NCBI RefSeq assembly: GCF_020627745.1
Contig: NZ_JAHDGE010000003.1
Span: forward strand, 41,282-105,281
Source of the DNA: Pseudooctadecabacter sp.
GTDB taxonomy: Bacteria > Pseudomonadota > Alphaproteobacteria > Rhodobacterales > Rhodobacteraceae
DNA length: 64,000 nucleotides
Direction: 5' to 3'
Part shown: positions 37,758 to 47,075 of the stretch, piece by piece
Position numbering within the stretch: the first letter of the stretch is position 1
Layout: each line of letters opens with the position of its first letter
Translations under genes and position numbers: made by a program
The notes under the pieces: model-generated
The model's input: only the letters and a program-made list of their open reading frames with translations
Told to the model about the DNA's origin: nothing
Database searches by the model: none

Positions 37758-38249
37758 TCAGACGTTGGTGCTGGCGACTTCAAGTCCGTCGGCGTAGATG
37801 ATGTGTTGACGGTCAAAGACCAGTTCATAGGTCATCATCGATACTTCGTCCCGTTCGGAGATGAATTCACCGTCAATAAGACGCTTGGCTTTCACGGTCG
37901 CCACATCGGCGCCGAAAAGCGCCTTGGCGCGCCAGTCGCGGATGTGAACAAGCGTATCCGGGCCGACAATCATATCTTCTTCGGGGCGCGTGTGGCCCAA
38001 AGACCCGGCCTTGATCTGGATGGCGGCGACTTTGGCCTTTGTGCTGCGGATGTCACGCAGAACAGACATGCCGGCATCGCGGGTGATGATGCGGTCGCCA
38101 ACTTTCAAACGTTCGACAGGCGTTTCTCCATCCAGTGTCATGACGGTGGTGCCTTCGGCCAGACCTGCCACATTCTGGCGGCTGGCGGATTTCAGGGGTG
38201 TCGCAACGATTGTGCGATCTTCAAAGTCTTTATTACGTCCCAGGTGCAT
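37758..38249 (-). CDS. Stand-alone Hint (bacterial intein-like) domain protein, degenerate
   Basis: GLAEGTTVMTLDGETPVERLKVGDRIITRDAG...LFG...TYELVFDRQHIIYADG; the Cys1 position is Gly. Confidence 0.85.
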   Translation of the reverse strand: MHLGRNKDFEDRTIVATPLKSASRQNVAGLAEGTTVMTLDGETPVERLKVGDRIITRDAGMSVLRDIRSTKAKVAAIQIKAGSLGHTRPEEDMIVGPDTLVHIRDWRAKALFGADVATVKAKRLIDGEFISERDEVSMMTYELVFDRQHIIYADGLEVASTNV

Positions 38250-38528
38250 GGCGTTTCTCGCTCTCAGCTTATGTCTGCTCAATGTTTGACCTGAAATATG
38301 GCAACAAAACGTTACTGGTGGGACATATTTCGTATCTTTGCGGGGCATTCGTGGGATGTGAGTCTTTTTCGCCACGGCGCAAACGCAGAGAAATCAACGC
38401 GATGTGCGATGACGAAGCGGTGCAAAAGACCTGTCCAGACAGGGCGTTTTCCTCTCGCATCCCCTGACGCGTTTTGCTAAGACGCGCCCAACTTAAGGGG
38501 ATGGCTTTGCCGTCCCCTTATAAATACT

Positions 38529-38613
38529 GCGGGTGTGGCGGAATTGGTAGACGCACCAGATTTAGGTTCTGGCGCCGCAAGGCGTGGGGGTTCAAGTCCC
38601 TTCACCCGCACCA
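38529..38613 (+). tRNA. tRNA-Leu (anticodon TAG)
   Basis: 85-nt cloverleaf GCGGGTG...CACCCGCACCA, anticodon arm CCAGA-TTTAGGT-TCTGG, long variable arm, GTTCAA T-loop, encoded CCA. Confidence 0.97.
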
Positions 38614-38658
38614 AATTGCCCTATTTTCGGGGCACGTGAGATATAAAGGACGATACCC

Positions 38659-39990
38659 ATGACGGTCAAAGAGACCCTGAACGACGGCCTGAAACGCGGC
38701 TATGAGATTACCGTGACCGCCGCCGAGCTGGACGCCGCGGTGAACGACAAGCTCAAAGAAGCCCAGCCCGAGATCGAGATGAAGGGCTTTCGCAAGGGTA
38801 AGGTTCCGATGGCGCTGCTGAAAAAGCAGTTTGGCCCAAAGGTTCTGGGCGAAGCCATGCAGGAAGCTGTGGACGGTGCCATGAACAAGCACCTCGAAGA
38901 ATCCGGCGATCGCCCCGCGATGCAGCCCGAGATGAAGATGACCAACGAAGACTGGAAAGAAGGCGACGATGTCGTCGTATCCGTGTCTTATGAAAAGCTG
39001 CCTGAAATTCCCGAGGTCGATTTCTCTGGCATCAAGCTCGAAAAGCTGGTGGTGAAGGCTGATGACGCCTCTGTTGAAGAGGCTCTGGGTTCTTTGGCTG
39101 AGACCGCGCAGAACTTTGAAGACCGCAAGAAGGGCTCCAAAGCGAAAGACGGCGATCAGGTGATCTTTGATTTCTTGGGCAAAGTTGATGGTGAAGCATT
39201 TGACGGTGGTGCCGCTGAAGGCCACGCGCTGGTTCTGGGCTCCGGTCAGTTTATTCCCGGTTTCGAAGAGGGTCTGATCGGTGTGAAAGCCGGTGACGAA
39301 AAAGATGTCACAGTGACCTTCCCTGAGGATTACAACGCCGAACATCTGGCTGGCAAAGAAGCCGTGTTTGAATGCAAAATCCACAATGTGCAGGAACCAA
39401 AAGCCGCCGAGATCGACGACGAGATGGCCAAGCAGTTCGGTGCCGAAGATCTGGCCGGTCTGAAGGGTCAAATCTCCGAGAAGTTGGAAGATGAGTACAA
39501 AGGGGCGGCCCGTGCCGTCACCAAGCGTGCACTGCTGGATGAGCTGGACAACGCCGTATCCTTCGAGCTGCCCCCGTCGTTGGTTGAGGCTGAGGCGGGC
39601 CAGATCGCGCACCAGCTGTGGCACGAGGAAAACCCAGACGTGCAGGGCCATGATCACCCCGAGATCGAGCCGACAGACGAGCATGTCAAACTGGCCGAAC
39701 GTCGTGTGAAACTGGGCCTGCTGCTGGCCGAAATCGGTCAGAAGGCCGAAGTGCAGGTGTCCGACGCAGAGTTTACCCAGGCGGTGATGAACCAGGCGCG
39801 GCAGTACGGCAATCAGGCGCGCCAGTTCTTTGAGTTTGTGCAGCAGAACCCGCAGATGCAGCAGCAGATTCGTGCACCCCTGTTTGAAGACAAGGTCGTT
39901 GACCACATTGTCGAAGGCGCCAAGGTGACCGAGAAAGAGGTCTCCAAGGATGACCTGCAAAAGGCTGTTGAGGCCTTGGAAGAAGAATAA
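38659..39990 (+). CDS. tig: Trigger factor
   Basis: GFRKGKVP ribosome-binding motif, FKBP domain FIPGFEE; follows tRNA-Leu. Confidence 0.98.
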   Translation: MTVKETLNDGLKRGYEITVTAAELDAAVNDKLKEAQPEIEMKGFRKGKVPMALLKKQFGPKVLGEAMQEAVDGAMNKHLEESGDRPAMQPEMKMTNEDWKEGDDVVVSVSYEKLPEIPEVDFSGIKLEKLVVKADDASVEEALGSLAETAQNFEDRKKGSKAKDGDQVIFDFLGKVDGEAFDGGAAEGHALVLGSGQFIPGFEEGLIGVKAGDEKDVTVTFPEDYNAEHLAGKEAVFECKIHNVQEPKAAEIDDEMAKQFGAEDLAGLKGQISEKLEDEYKGAARAVTKRALLDELDNAVSFELPPSLVEAEAGQIAHQLWHEENPDVQGHDHPEIEPTDEHVKLAERRVKLGLLLAEIGQKAEVQVSDAEFTQAVMNQARQYGNQARQFFEFVQQNPQMQQQIRAPLFEDKVVDHIVEGAKVTEKEVSKDDLQKAVEALEEE

Positions 39991-40015
39991 ATTCGCGTCC
40001 TACGACACGTTTTTT

Positions 40016-40043
40016 GGCCGTCCCTTTGGGGCGGCCTTTTTAT
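40016..40043 (+). terminator. Intrinsic terminator after tig
   Basis: GGCCGTCCC-TTT-GGGGCGGCC followed by a T-tract. Confidence 0.8.
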
Positions 40044-40162
40044 TAACGCAGGGATTGCAGGAAAACTACGGAATTCCTGACCCGATCTGCACAACTTTTC
40101 CCTAGGTAAGTTTTGACCTTCTGGTTAATCTTTTGCCACGTTTTATATTTTGGGGAAAAACA

Positions 40163-40636
40163 ATGAAAAAACTTTTGGTTACGGTCGCCGCATTTGTGGG
40201 TTTGGCAGGGGCGGCACAGGCGTGCCCGAACTGGAGCCTTGATCCCAACTACGGGTCTTACAACCTGTCGCTTGGACAGATGCGCGCGGGTCAGCGTATT
40301 GGCCTTCAGGCGGGGGGCAATAATTACGTCTGGAACTGCCCGAACGTGAATCCGCAGACCGATACGGGGGCGGGATACTTTACGTCATCACCGGATGTCC
40401 GCATTTTTGCGAACAACATCGAAGGCAACCGTCTGGTGCTGCGGGTTAACAGCAACTGCGACAGCGCGCTGCTGATCAACACGGGCACCGCGACGTGGTA
40501 TTATGACGATGATGATGCCGGAAATCTGGACCCTCAGATTGTGTTGACGCGGCCGCGGAGCGGACAGATCGACATTTGGGTCGGCACGTATGATGGCGGT
40601 TATTGCGATGCGAACCTGATTATTCAGGCGCAGTAA
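40163..40636 (+). CDS. Secreted beta-sandwich protein (pre-peptidase C-terminal-like)
   Basis: Signal peptide ending AQA, CDSALLIN...WYYDDDDAGNLDP...GQIDIWVGTY, four Cys. Confidence 0.75.
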   Translation: MKKLLVTVAAFVGLAGAAQACPNWSLDPNYGSYNLSLGQMRAGQRIGLQAGGNNYVWNCPNVNPQTDTGAGYFTSSPDVRIFANNIEGNRLVLRVNSNCDSALLINTGTATWYYDDDDAGNLDPQIVLTRPRSGQIDIWVGTYDGGYCDANLIIQAQ

Positions 40637-40752
40637 CTTCGCAGAAAAATCCGGCGGAGCCGTCCCCATGCCGGGGGCGGCTTTGTTGTGTTGACGGAAT
40701 TGTCAGACGCGACGGGTTTTCGCGCCAGCCAGCGGTGGTCTAGGATAGGGTT

Positions 40753-41220
40753 ATGAAAATACTCAGCCTGTTCTTTATCGGTCTGGCCGCGAGTGCGTCG
40801 GCATCATGCCCTGACCCGACGTTGGATGCGCCGCGATATTCCGCGACGGGGCCAGAATTGATCGCGCCGCAGGCATGGCCCGTAGATGTTCTGGCCGAAG
40901 CGGTTGCGCCCTGTCCGGACTGGAGAATGCAGGGGACGGTGCCAGAGCAGGTCGAAGGGTTCCTGCCTGTCGCGCCGACGGCGGTCTTCGATCTGGTCGG
41001 TCTGGCACCCCATATCCTGATGGTGATGGCGCAAGCGCCTTGCGACCCGTTGCTGGCGGTACGGTCGCCAGATGGATTGTGGCACTTTGGTGAGACGGCA
41101 AATGACCGTGAGGAAGTTGTGGTCTGGAGCGCTTCGGATGGTCCGTTGCAGGTCTGGATCGGGTCACGCGGGGCGTCCGCATGTTCAGGTGACGTCATCC
41201 TCGAAACCTTCGACCGTTAG
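40753..41220 (+). CDS. Secreted protein, divergent paralog of the upstream gene
   Basis: Signal peptide, same four-Cys spacing, CDPLLAVR...WHF...GPLQVWIGS. Confidence 0.7.
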   Translation: MKILSLFFIGLAASASASCPDPTLDAPRYSATGPELIAPQAWPVDVLAEAVAPCPDWRMQGTVPEQVEGFLPVAPTAVFDLVGLAPHILMVMAQAPCDPLLAVRSPDGLWHFGETANDREEVVVWSASDGPLQVWIGSRGASACSGDVILETFDR

Positions 41221-42428
41221 GCCACACTTTCAAGTTCGGGATTGCGCGGACCCGCGCCAAGTAGGCCCAGAAGATCCTGTCCATTGGCGGGGCGGTGAAA
41301 ATAGAACCCTTGAGCCAGCGAACAGCCGAGATCGGACAGGGCTTTCACATCCACTTCGGTTTCGACACCCTCAGCGACGATATCCACATTAAGAGCGGTG
41401 CCGAGGCCCACGAGCATCGACACGATGCTGCCGGACACCCTGTTACAATGGGCATCCCCTGCGAAGGCACGGTCGATTTTCAGGGCGGACAAAGGCATGG
41501 TCTTGAGGTGGGCAAGGTTGGAATATCCGGTTCCGAAATCGTCAATGGACAGCCCGCAGCCCAATCCCTGAATACCGTGCAGGTTATCAAGGACATCTTC
41601 ATTGTCGGGCACAAAGGCGGTTTCCGTCACCTCGAGCTTGATCAGGTTGGGTGCAATATCGTGGCGTGACAGGATGTCGGTCAGCTGGGCGGCAAATCCG
41701 GGGCGCGCCACGTCGTGGCCCGAGATGTTGATCGAGGCGAAGAAATCCCTGTCAGATTGGCGTGTCCCTTTAATCTTGTTCAGCGTCTTGCAGGTTTCGA
41801 CCAAAGCAAATTCGGTCAACGACCCTATCACGCCGAGGTCTTCGGCGACCGTGATGAACTGATCCGGCGGCACGAAGCCCCGTTCGGGATGACACCAGCG
41901 CATCAACGCTTCAAATCCTACGATGTCACCGGTCTGAAGGGTGACAATCGGCTGGTACACCATGGAGAATTCCGATTTTGCGATGCTTCGAAGCAGGTCG
42001 ATTTCGAACTTGTAGCGTTCAATCAGGTCATCGGCGTTTTTGACCTTGGGCGTGGCCGCGGGCGGGGCGGCAGCTGTGTCACTGCTGACCGAGGACAACC
42101 GCGCGTTGAAGGCGATAGATGTCTCTACACACGCCCTCAACAATGGGCTGATCGCGTCGAAATCATTCAGAATATGGCTGGCCGCAACGCGAAAAACGAT
42201 TGTGTCCGTGACCGCCTGCGCGCCGACATAACGCGGGTGATTTGTCAGCACTGACAGACCGCCCAGCACCGCGCCGCGCCCGCGCGTTTCGCAATCATAG
42301 CGTTTGCCCTGTTCGGTGCGGAACATCACCACCTCACCCGAGGCGACGACAAAGGCATCTGTATTGTGATCGCCCTGTTCGTACAAAACGTCACCCGCGC
42401 GGAGTGCGACTAATCCAACTGGCTGCAT
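41217..42428 (-). CDS. cNMP-binding domain + EAL c-di-GMP phosphodiesterase
   Basis: N-terminal GDVLYEQGD...FVVASGEV cNMP fold; FEALMRW, DDFGTGYS, LKIDRAF, AEGVET, QGFYF. Confidence 0.92.
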   Translation of the reverse strand: MQPVGLVALRAGDVLYEQGDHNTDAFVVASGEVVMFRTEQGKRYDCETRGRGAVLGGLSVLTNHPRYVGAQAVTDTIVFRVAASHILNDFDAISPLLRACVETSIAFNARLSSVSSDTAAAPPAATPKVKNADDLIERYKFEIDLLRSIAKSEFSMVYQPIVTLQTGDIVGFEALMRWCHPERGFVPPDQFITVAEDLGVIGSLTEFALVETCKTLNKIKGTRQSDRDFFASINISGHDVARPGFAAQLTDILSRHDIAPNLIKLEVTETAFVPDNEDVLDNLHGIQGLGCGLSIDDFGTGYSNLAHLKTMPLSALKIDRAFAGDAHCNRVSGSIVSMLVGLGTALNVDIVAEGVETEVDVKALSDLGCSLAQGFYFHRPANGQDLLGLLGAGPRNPELESVA

Positions 42429-42482
42429 TGTTTGTCCAATCCCCCAAAGTTCGGCTTGCCTTCATCCTCCTAAGGGGCACTG

Positions 42483-42498
42483 GTTAAGTTTGACTGAA
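42483..42498 (-). promoter_or_regulatory. Putative CtrA box (1 mismatch) upstream of the EAL gene
   Basis: Minus strand TTCA-GTCAAAC-TTAAC(CA). Confidence 0.45.
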
Positions 42499-42515
42499 TT
42501 GGAACAATTTGAACG

Positions 42516-42544
42516 AAAAAGGCCGCGCAATGTCCTGCGCGGCC
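42516..42544 (-). terminator. Intrinsic terminator of rpsF-rpsR-rplI
   Basis: AAAAA-GGCCGCGCA...TGCGCGGCC. Confidence 0.8.
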
Positions 42545-42570
42545 CAATGTCGTAAGCTGAGGAAAGACGA

Positions 42571-43200
42571 TCAGTCTTCGTCGGAGGCGTCTTCGGCATC
42601 TGCTGCAGGGGCAGGGGCTTCGTCGTCACCGAAATCATCCATGCCAGCGGCACCGATGTCATCGAAGAGTTCCTGAATTTCGAATTCTGCTGCGGCTTCT
42701 TCTTCGGCGGCCAGTTCAGCGATGGATTTACCAGCGGCCTGAAGTTCGGCTTCCTCGGTGGAGCGTGCCACGTTCAGCTTGATGATTGCGGACACCTCAG
42801 GGTGCAACGTCACGTTCACGTCGTGAATGCCCAGTTCCTTGATGGGGGCAATCAGGGCAACCTGACCACGGTCCACAGAGAAACCAGCCTCGGTTGCGGC
42901 ATCTGCGGCGTCGCGTGTGGATACGGAGCCATAAAGATTGCCGCCGTCGGAGGCCTGACGAATCACGATGAAGGTTTCGCCGTCCAGCTTTGCGGCCAGA
43001 TCTTCGGCTTCTTTCTTCGTTTCCAGATTGCGGGCTTCAAGCTGCGCCTTCTGGTCTTCAAAAGCTTTCATGTTGTGCGCGTTGGCACGGAGCGCCTTGC
43101 CTTGGGGCAGCAGGAAGTTGCGGGCATAGCCCTCCTTGACGGAGACGACTTCGCCCATCTGACCCAGCTTGGCTACGCGTTCGAGAAGGATGATATCCAT
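42571..43200 (-). CDS. rplI: 50S ribosomal protein L9
   Basis: [22 protein letters not shown]; acidic tail. Confidence 0.98.
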   Translation of the reverse strand: MDIILLERVAKLGQMGEVVSVKEGYARNFLLPQGKALRANAHNMKAFEDQKAQLEARNLETKKEAEDLAAKLDGETFIVIRQASDGGNLYGSVSTRDAADAATEAGFSVDRGQVALIAPIKELGIHDVNVTLHPEVSAIIKLNVARSTEEAELQAAGKSIAELAAEEEAAAEFEIQELFDDIGAAGMDDFGDDEAPAPAADAEDASDED

Positions 43201-43212
43201 GATGTCGGTCCT

Positions 43213-43440
43213 TTACTTAACAGCGTAAGGCAGCAGGGCGAGGAACCGGGCGCGTTTGATCGCACGTGCCAGGGCACGCTGGTTCTTTGCACCGACTGCG
43301 GTGATACGGGAGGGAACGATCTTGCCGCGCTCAGAGATGTAGCGCTGCAGGGTACGTGTGTCTTTGTAGTCGATCTTCGGGGCGTTCTCGCCCTCAAATG
43401 GATCGGACTTACGACGACGGAAAAATGGTTTGGTAGCCAT
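43213..43440 (-). CDS. rpsR: 30S ribosomal protein S18
   Basis: [31 protein letters not shown]. Confidence 0.98.
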   Translation of the reverse strand: MATKPFFRRRKSDPFEGENAPKIDYKDTRTLQRYISERGKIVPSRITAVGAKNQRALARAIKRARFLALLPYAVK

Positions 43441-43469
43441 GACTTACAGTCCTTTCTTTATGCGATGGA

Positions 43470-43823
43470 TTAACGGCGCTCGCGACGGCTGTCGCGTTCG
43501 TCACGTTTCTGCATCTGAACCGAGGGGCCTTCCTCGTGCTCGTCGACTTTGATCGTCAGAACGCGCATCACATCGTCGTGCAGGCGCATCAGACGTTCCA
43601 TTTCCTGCACGGCAGGCGCTGGCGCGTCGGACCGCAAATAGGCGTAGTGGCCCTTGCGGTTCTTGTTGATCTTGTAGGCCATGGTCTTGACGCCCCAGTA
43701 CTCGGATTCGACCACCTTGCCGCCGTTGTCGGCCAGCACTGTGGAGAAATGTTCGATGAGGCTTTCAGCTTGCGTGTTGGACAGGTCCTGACGCGCAATA
43801 AACGTATGCTCATAAAGCGGCAT
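43470..43823 (-). CDS. rpsF: 30S ribosomal protein S6
   Basis: MPLYE, YWGVKTMAYKINKNRKGHY. Confidence 0.98.
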   Translation of the reverse strand: MPLYEHTFIARQDLSNTQAESLIEHFSTVLADNGGKVVESEYWGVKTMAYKINKNRKGHYAYLRSDAPAPAVQEMERLMRLHDDVMRVLTIKVDEHEEGPSVQMQKRDERDSRRERR

Positions 43824-43825
43824 GC

Positions 43826-43900
43826 GTAACTCCAGTCATATTCGGCGCATTTCATAGGGCGAGGCAGACGGTCCCGCCCTCACCCACGAGAGACTGCGCA
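43826..43900 (-). promoter_or_regulatory. Possible rpsF (S6:S18) autoregulatory leader RNA
   Basis: Hairpin AGGGCG...CGCCCT (43856-43880) in the 5' leader of rpsF; position fits the known leader family but no model was run. Confidence 0.35.
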
Positions 43901-44025
43901 GTTCATAAATAACCGCGGGACCGATGGGGCCTTATACAAATGTGGGCCGGGGGATCAAGCGAAAGACGCCGGGCTGATCAGGGACGGCATCCTGGGGAGC
44001 CGGGTCGGACCACGGGACGCTGTCA

Positions 44026-44044
44026 TTAACCCTTTATTAACCAT
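44026..44044 (+). promoter_or_regulatory. CtrA box (perfect consensus)
   Basis: TTAA-CCCTTTA-TTAAC, extending into TTAACCAT, about 75 bp upstream of ATG 44117. Confidence 0.75.
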
Positions 44045-44116
44045 CATTGGTCGCAAAGCTGTCCTTTTTCGGCCCCGATTGGCCGTCAGGTTGGGGATGA
44101 ACAGAGGAGACACCCT

Positions 44117-44740
44117 ATGACAGCCATTCCAGACACGTCTTCGTTTATCAGTACCGCCACGTCCGGCCTCACATCGAAACCGTTGCTTCAGCCCCAGATC
44201 AAGGAACACTTCTGGGGGTATGAAATCGCCATGTCGGAGGCCGAACTGGGGTCTGCGGCGGTGATCCGCCTGACCGCGCTGTTTGCTGCCATGGTTTTTG
44301 CCACCGCCGCCTTGGGATTGATGCTGTTGCCTGCGGGACTGGCCCCTGATGTGCATGCGGCGGCGCGGGGGTTGGGCGCTCTGGTTTTGATCTGTTCTGC
44401 CGGGGTGGCCGGTCTGGTGGCCGCGCGCTGTCGCCGGATCAAGGTTCAGATCGACACGCTGACGGGCGAAATACGGGAGGTGTCGGGCGGCATCTACGGA
44501 TCGCCCGCGGCCCTGTCGTGCCATGGACTGGATGCGGTGACGGATGTGAGGGTTGTCGTATCCAACTTCGACAGCGGGTTCGGGCAGGTTCATGTTGATA
44601 TTTCAGGCTACGGCACCATCGCAGCCGGCGACGGGGCAGTTGCGACCCTTGGCGCGTTGCGGGGCAGGATCGCCCATGACTGCGGGCTGCAGACGGGCCG
44701 CCCCCGCGATGCGGTATGGTCGGGGCCCTTGGCGGCCTAA
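44117..44740 (+). CDS. Hypothetical two-TM membrane protein
   Basis: AGGAG SD, two hydrophobic helices and a beta-rich C-terminal domain. Confidence 0.8.
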   Translation: MTAIPDTSSFISTATSGLTSKPLLQPQIKEHFWGYEIAMSEAELGSAAVIRLTALFAAMVFATAALGLMLLPAGLAPDVHAAARGLGALVLICSAGVAGLVAARCRRIKVQIDTLTGEIREVSGGIYGSPAALSCHGLDAVTDVRVVVSNFDSGFGQVHVDISGYGTIAAGDGAVATLGALRGRIAHDCGLQTGRPRDAVWSGPLAA

Positions 44741-44865
44741 CGCCTAAGGACATTTCAGTTTGCGGCCCCGTTTCAGGGGCCGTTTGCGCATGCGGACCTC
44801 AGATGTCTTGTGCCGCACCGGCTGTCGCTATACCCCTTGCTGCAATCAAGAAGGGAGAAAGCCGC

Positions 44866-45804
44866 ATGAGAGCTTTTGTTTTTCCAGGGCAGGGTGCCCA
44901 GACCATCGGGATGGGCAAGGCGCTGGCGGATGCCTATCCTGCAGCGCAGGCCGTTTTTGACGAAGTTGACGAGGCTTTGGGGGAAAAACTGTCCGATCTG
45001 GTCTGGACGGGCGATATCGGGGATTTGACCCTGACGCGAAACGCTCAGCCGGCTTTGATGGCCACGTCCCTGGCCGCCATGCGCGCGCTTGAGGCCGAGG
45101 GCGTCACGATTGAAGCGGCGTCCTTTGTGGCGGGTCATTCCTTGGGCGAATATTCCGCGCTGGCTGCGGCCGGAGCAGTGAGCATTGCAGACACCGCCCG
45201 GCTGCTGCGCATTCGAGGAGAGGCCATGCAAGAGGCGGTGCCGGTGGGCGTGGGCGCCATGGCAGTGCTGCTGGGCATGGATTTTGAACAGGCCATCGCC
45301 GTCGCGGAAGAGGCCGCACAGGGCGAGGTCTGTCAGGCCGCCAACGACAATGATCCGTCGCAGGTGGTGGTGTCCGGTCACAAGGCGGCGGTCGAACGCG
45401 CGGTTGAGATTGCCAAGGCCAAGGGCGCCAAACGGGCCATGTTGCTGCCTGTCAGCGCGCCCTTTCATTCGTCCCTGATGGCCCCGGCGGCTGAGGTCAT
45501 GGCGGGCGCGTTGGCAGATGTGACGATGGTGGCCCCTGCGGTGCCCTTGGTTGCAAACGTCCGCGCCGAGGCGGTGGACGCGGATGAAATCAAGACGCTT
45601 TTGGTGGAACAGGTCACCGGATCTGTGCGCTGGCGTGAGAGCGTGCAGTGGATGGCGGCTGCCGGAGTGACCGAAGCATGGGAGATCGGGGCGGGCAAAG
45701 CCTTGTCCGGCATGGTCAAACGGGTTGATCGCAGCGTGGCCACACGTGCCGTGGGCACGCCCGAAGATGTTGTGGCGGCGGTTGCTGCCCTGAACGAAGG
45801 ATAA
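44866..45804 (+). CDS. fabD: Malonyl-CoA:ACP transacylase
   Basis: FPGQGAQ, GHSLGEY, VSAPFHS; start at ATG 44866 with GGGAG SD. Confidence 0.97.
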   Translation: MRAFVFPGQGAQTIGMGKALADAYPAAQAVFDEVDEALGEKLSDLVWTGDIGDLTLTRNAQPALMATSLAAMRALEAEGVTIEAASFVAGHSLGEYSALAAAGAVSIADTARLLRIRGEAMQEAVPVGVGAMAVLLGMDFEQAIAVAEEAAQGEVCQAANDNDPSQVVVSGHKAAVERAVEIAKAKGAKRAMLLPVSAPFHSSLMAPAAEVMAGALADVTMVAPAVPLVANVRAEAVDADEIKTLLVEQVTGSVRWRESVQWMAAAGVTEAWEIGAGKALSGMVKRVDRSVATRAVGTPEDVVAAVAALNEG

Positions 45805-45807
45805 GAT

Positions 45808-46545
45808 ATGTTTGATTTGACTGGGAAAAACGCGCTGATCACCGGAGCCTCTGGCGGGATAGGCGGCGAGATCGCCAAGACCTTGCATGCCGCAGGTGCC
45901 ACCGTGGGCCTGTCTGGCACGCGGGTGGAGCCTCTTGAAGCTCTAGCCGCTGAGTTGGGCGAACGCGCCCACGTGCTGCCCTGCAATCTCAGCGATGGAG
46001 AGGCTGTCGATGCGCTGCCCAAGCAGGCCACCGAGGCTATGGGATCGGTTGATATTCTGGTCAACAACGCAGGGATCACCCGCGATCAGATTTTCATGCG
46101 GATGTCCGATGCGGAATGGTCTGATGTGATCAACGTGAACCTTACGTCCACCATGCGGCTGTGCAAGGGCGTCATTCGCGGCATGATGAAGGCGCGGTCG
46201 GGGCGGATTATCAACGTCAGTTCCATCGTCGGGGCTACGGGCAATCCGGGGCAGGCCAATTACGCAGCCTCCAAGGCGGGTATGGTGGGGATGAGCAAAT
46301 CCATCGCCTATGAAGTCGCGTCGCGCGGCATCACCGTCAACTGTATTGCGCCGGGTTTCATCGCGACGGCCATGACCGACAAATTGACGGACGATCAAAA
46401 GGACAAGATCAACGGCCAAATCCCAGCCGGTCGCATGGGCACGCCCGAGGAAATTGCGGCCGCGGCGCTTTATCTGGCCAGCGACGGGGCGGCCTACGTC
46501 ACGGGCACAACTTTGCATGTCAATGGTGGTATGGCGATGCTGTAG
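45808..46545 (+). CDS. fabG: 3-oxoacyl-ACP reductase
   Basis: TGASGGIG, NNAGITRD, YAASK. Confidence 0.97.
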   Translation: MFDLTGKNALITGASGGIGGEIAKTLHAAGATVGLSGTRVEPLEALAAELGERAHVLPCNLSDGEAVDALPKQATEAMGSVDILVNNAGITRDQIFMRMSDAEWSDVINVNLTSTMRLCKGVIRGMMKARSGRIINVSSIVGATGNPGQANYAASKAGMVGMSKSIAYEVASRGITVNCIAPGFIATAMTDKLTDDQKDKINGQIPAGRMGTPEEIAAAALYLASDGAAYVTGTTLHVNGGMAML

Positions 46546-46748
46546 CGCCTATATAGGGCATCTGACCAAACGGTCTGAAAGCGTTTGCCAAGCGGGGAAT
46601 CTCTGCTATAGGCCACGCAGAATTGGGGTTCGTGACGTTGCGTCGGGAACTTCGGGGCCCTTCGCGGGGCGCAAATGGTCCGGTATTGCGGGAGTGATGA
46701 CGGGCTGACCAACGGGCGCAAAGCCCTGAACTATGTGAGGAATTTGAC

Positions 46749-46982
46749 ATGAGCGACGTCGCAGATCGCGTTCGTAAGATCGTTGTAGAGCACCTGGGTG
46801 TGGAAGAAGATAAAGTTGTTGAGGGCGCGTCCTTCATCGACGACCTGGGCGCAGACAGCCTTGATACGGTTGAGCTGGTCATGGCCTTTGAAGAGGAATT
46901 CGGTATCGAAATCCCCGACGATGCAGCCGAAACGATCCAGAGCTTCGGCGACGCCGTGAAGTTCATCAAAGAAGCGTCCTAA
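46749..46982 (+). CDS. acpP: Acyl carrier protein
   Basis: [20 protein letters not shown]. Confidence 0.99.
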   Translation: MSDVADRVRKIVVEHLGVEEDKVVEGASFIDDLGADSLDTVELVMAFEEEFGIEIPDDAAETIQSFGDAVKFIKEAS

Positions 46983-47005
46983 GCGACCCTATCTTTGACG
47001 GTTAG

Positions 47006-47040
47006 GAAAAGGGTGGTGCCGCTTGGTGCCGCCCTTTTTC
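47006..47040. terminator. Bidirectional terminator between acpP and the PilZ gene
   Basis: GAAAAGGGTGGTGCC...GGTGCCGCCCTTTTTC with A- and T-tracts on either side. Confidence 0.75.
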
Positions 47041-47075
47041 GATGGCGCGTTGCGCTGTGGTTCGCGGCTGTCCGG

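Noticed and set aside
38529-38613. tRNA-Leu as an integration site for an island
   Set aside because: It is followed directly by tig, with no integrase or duplicated tRNA 3' end seen in the window.
40100-40132. CtrA box upstream of the secreted protein pair
   Set aside because: Only a GGTTAA half-site is present and the spacing to the second half is wrong.
43213-43440. S18 lacking zinc-binding cysteines
   Set aside because: Zn-free S18 is common in proteobacteria, and this is the single operonic copy.
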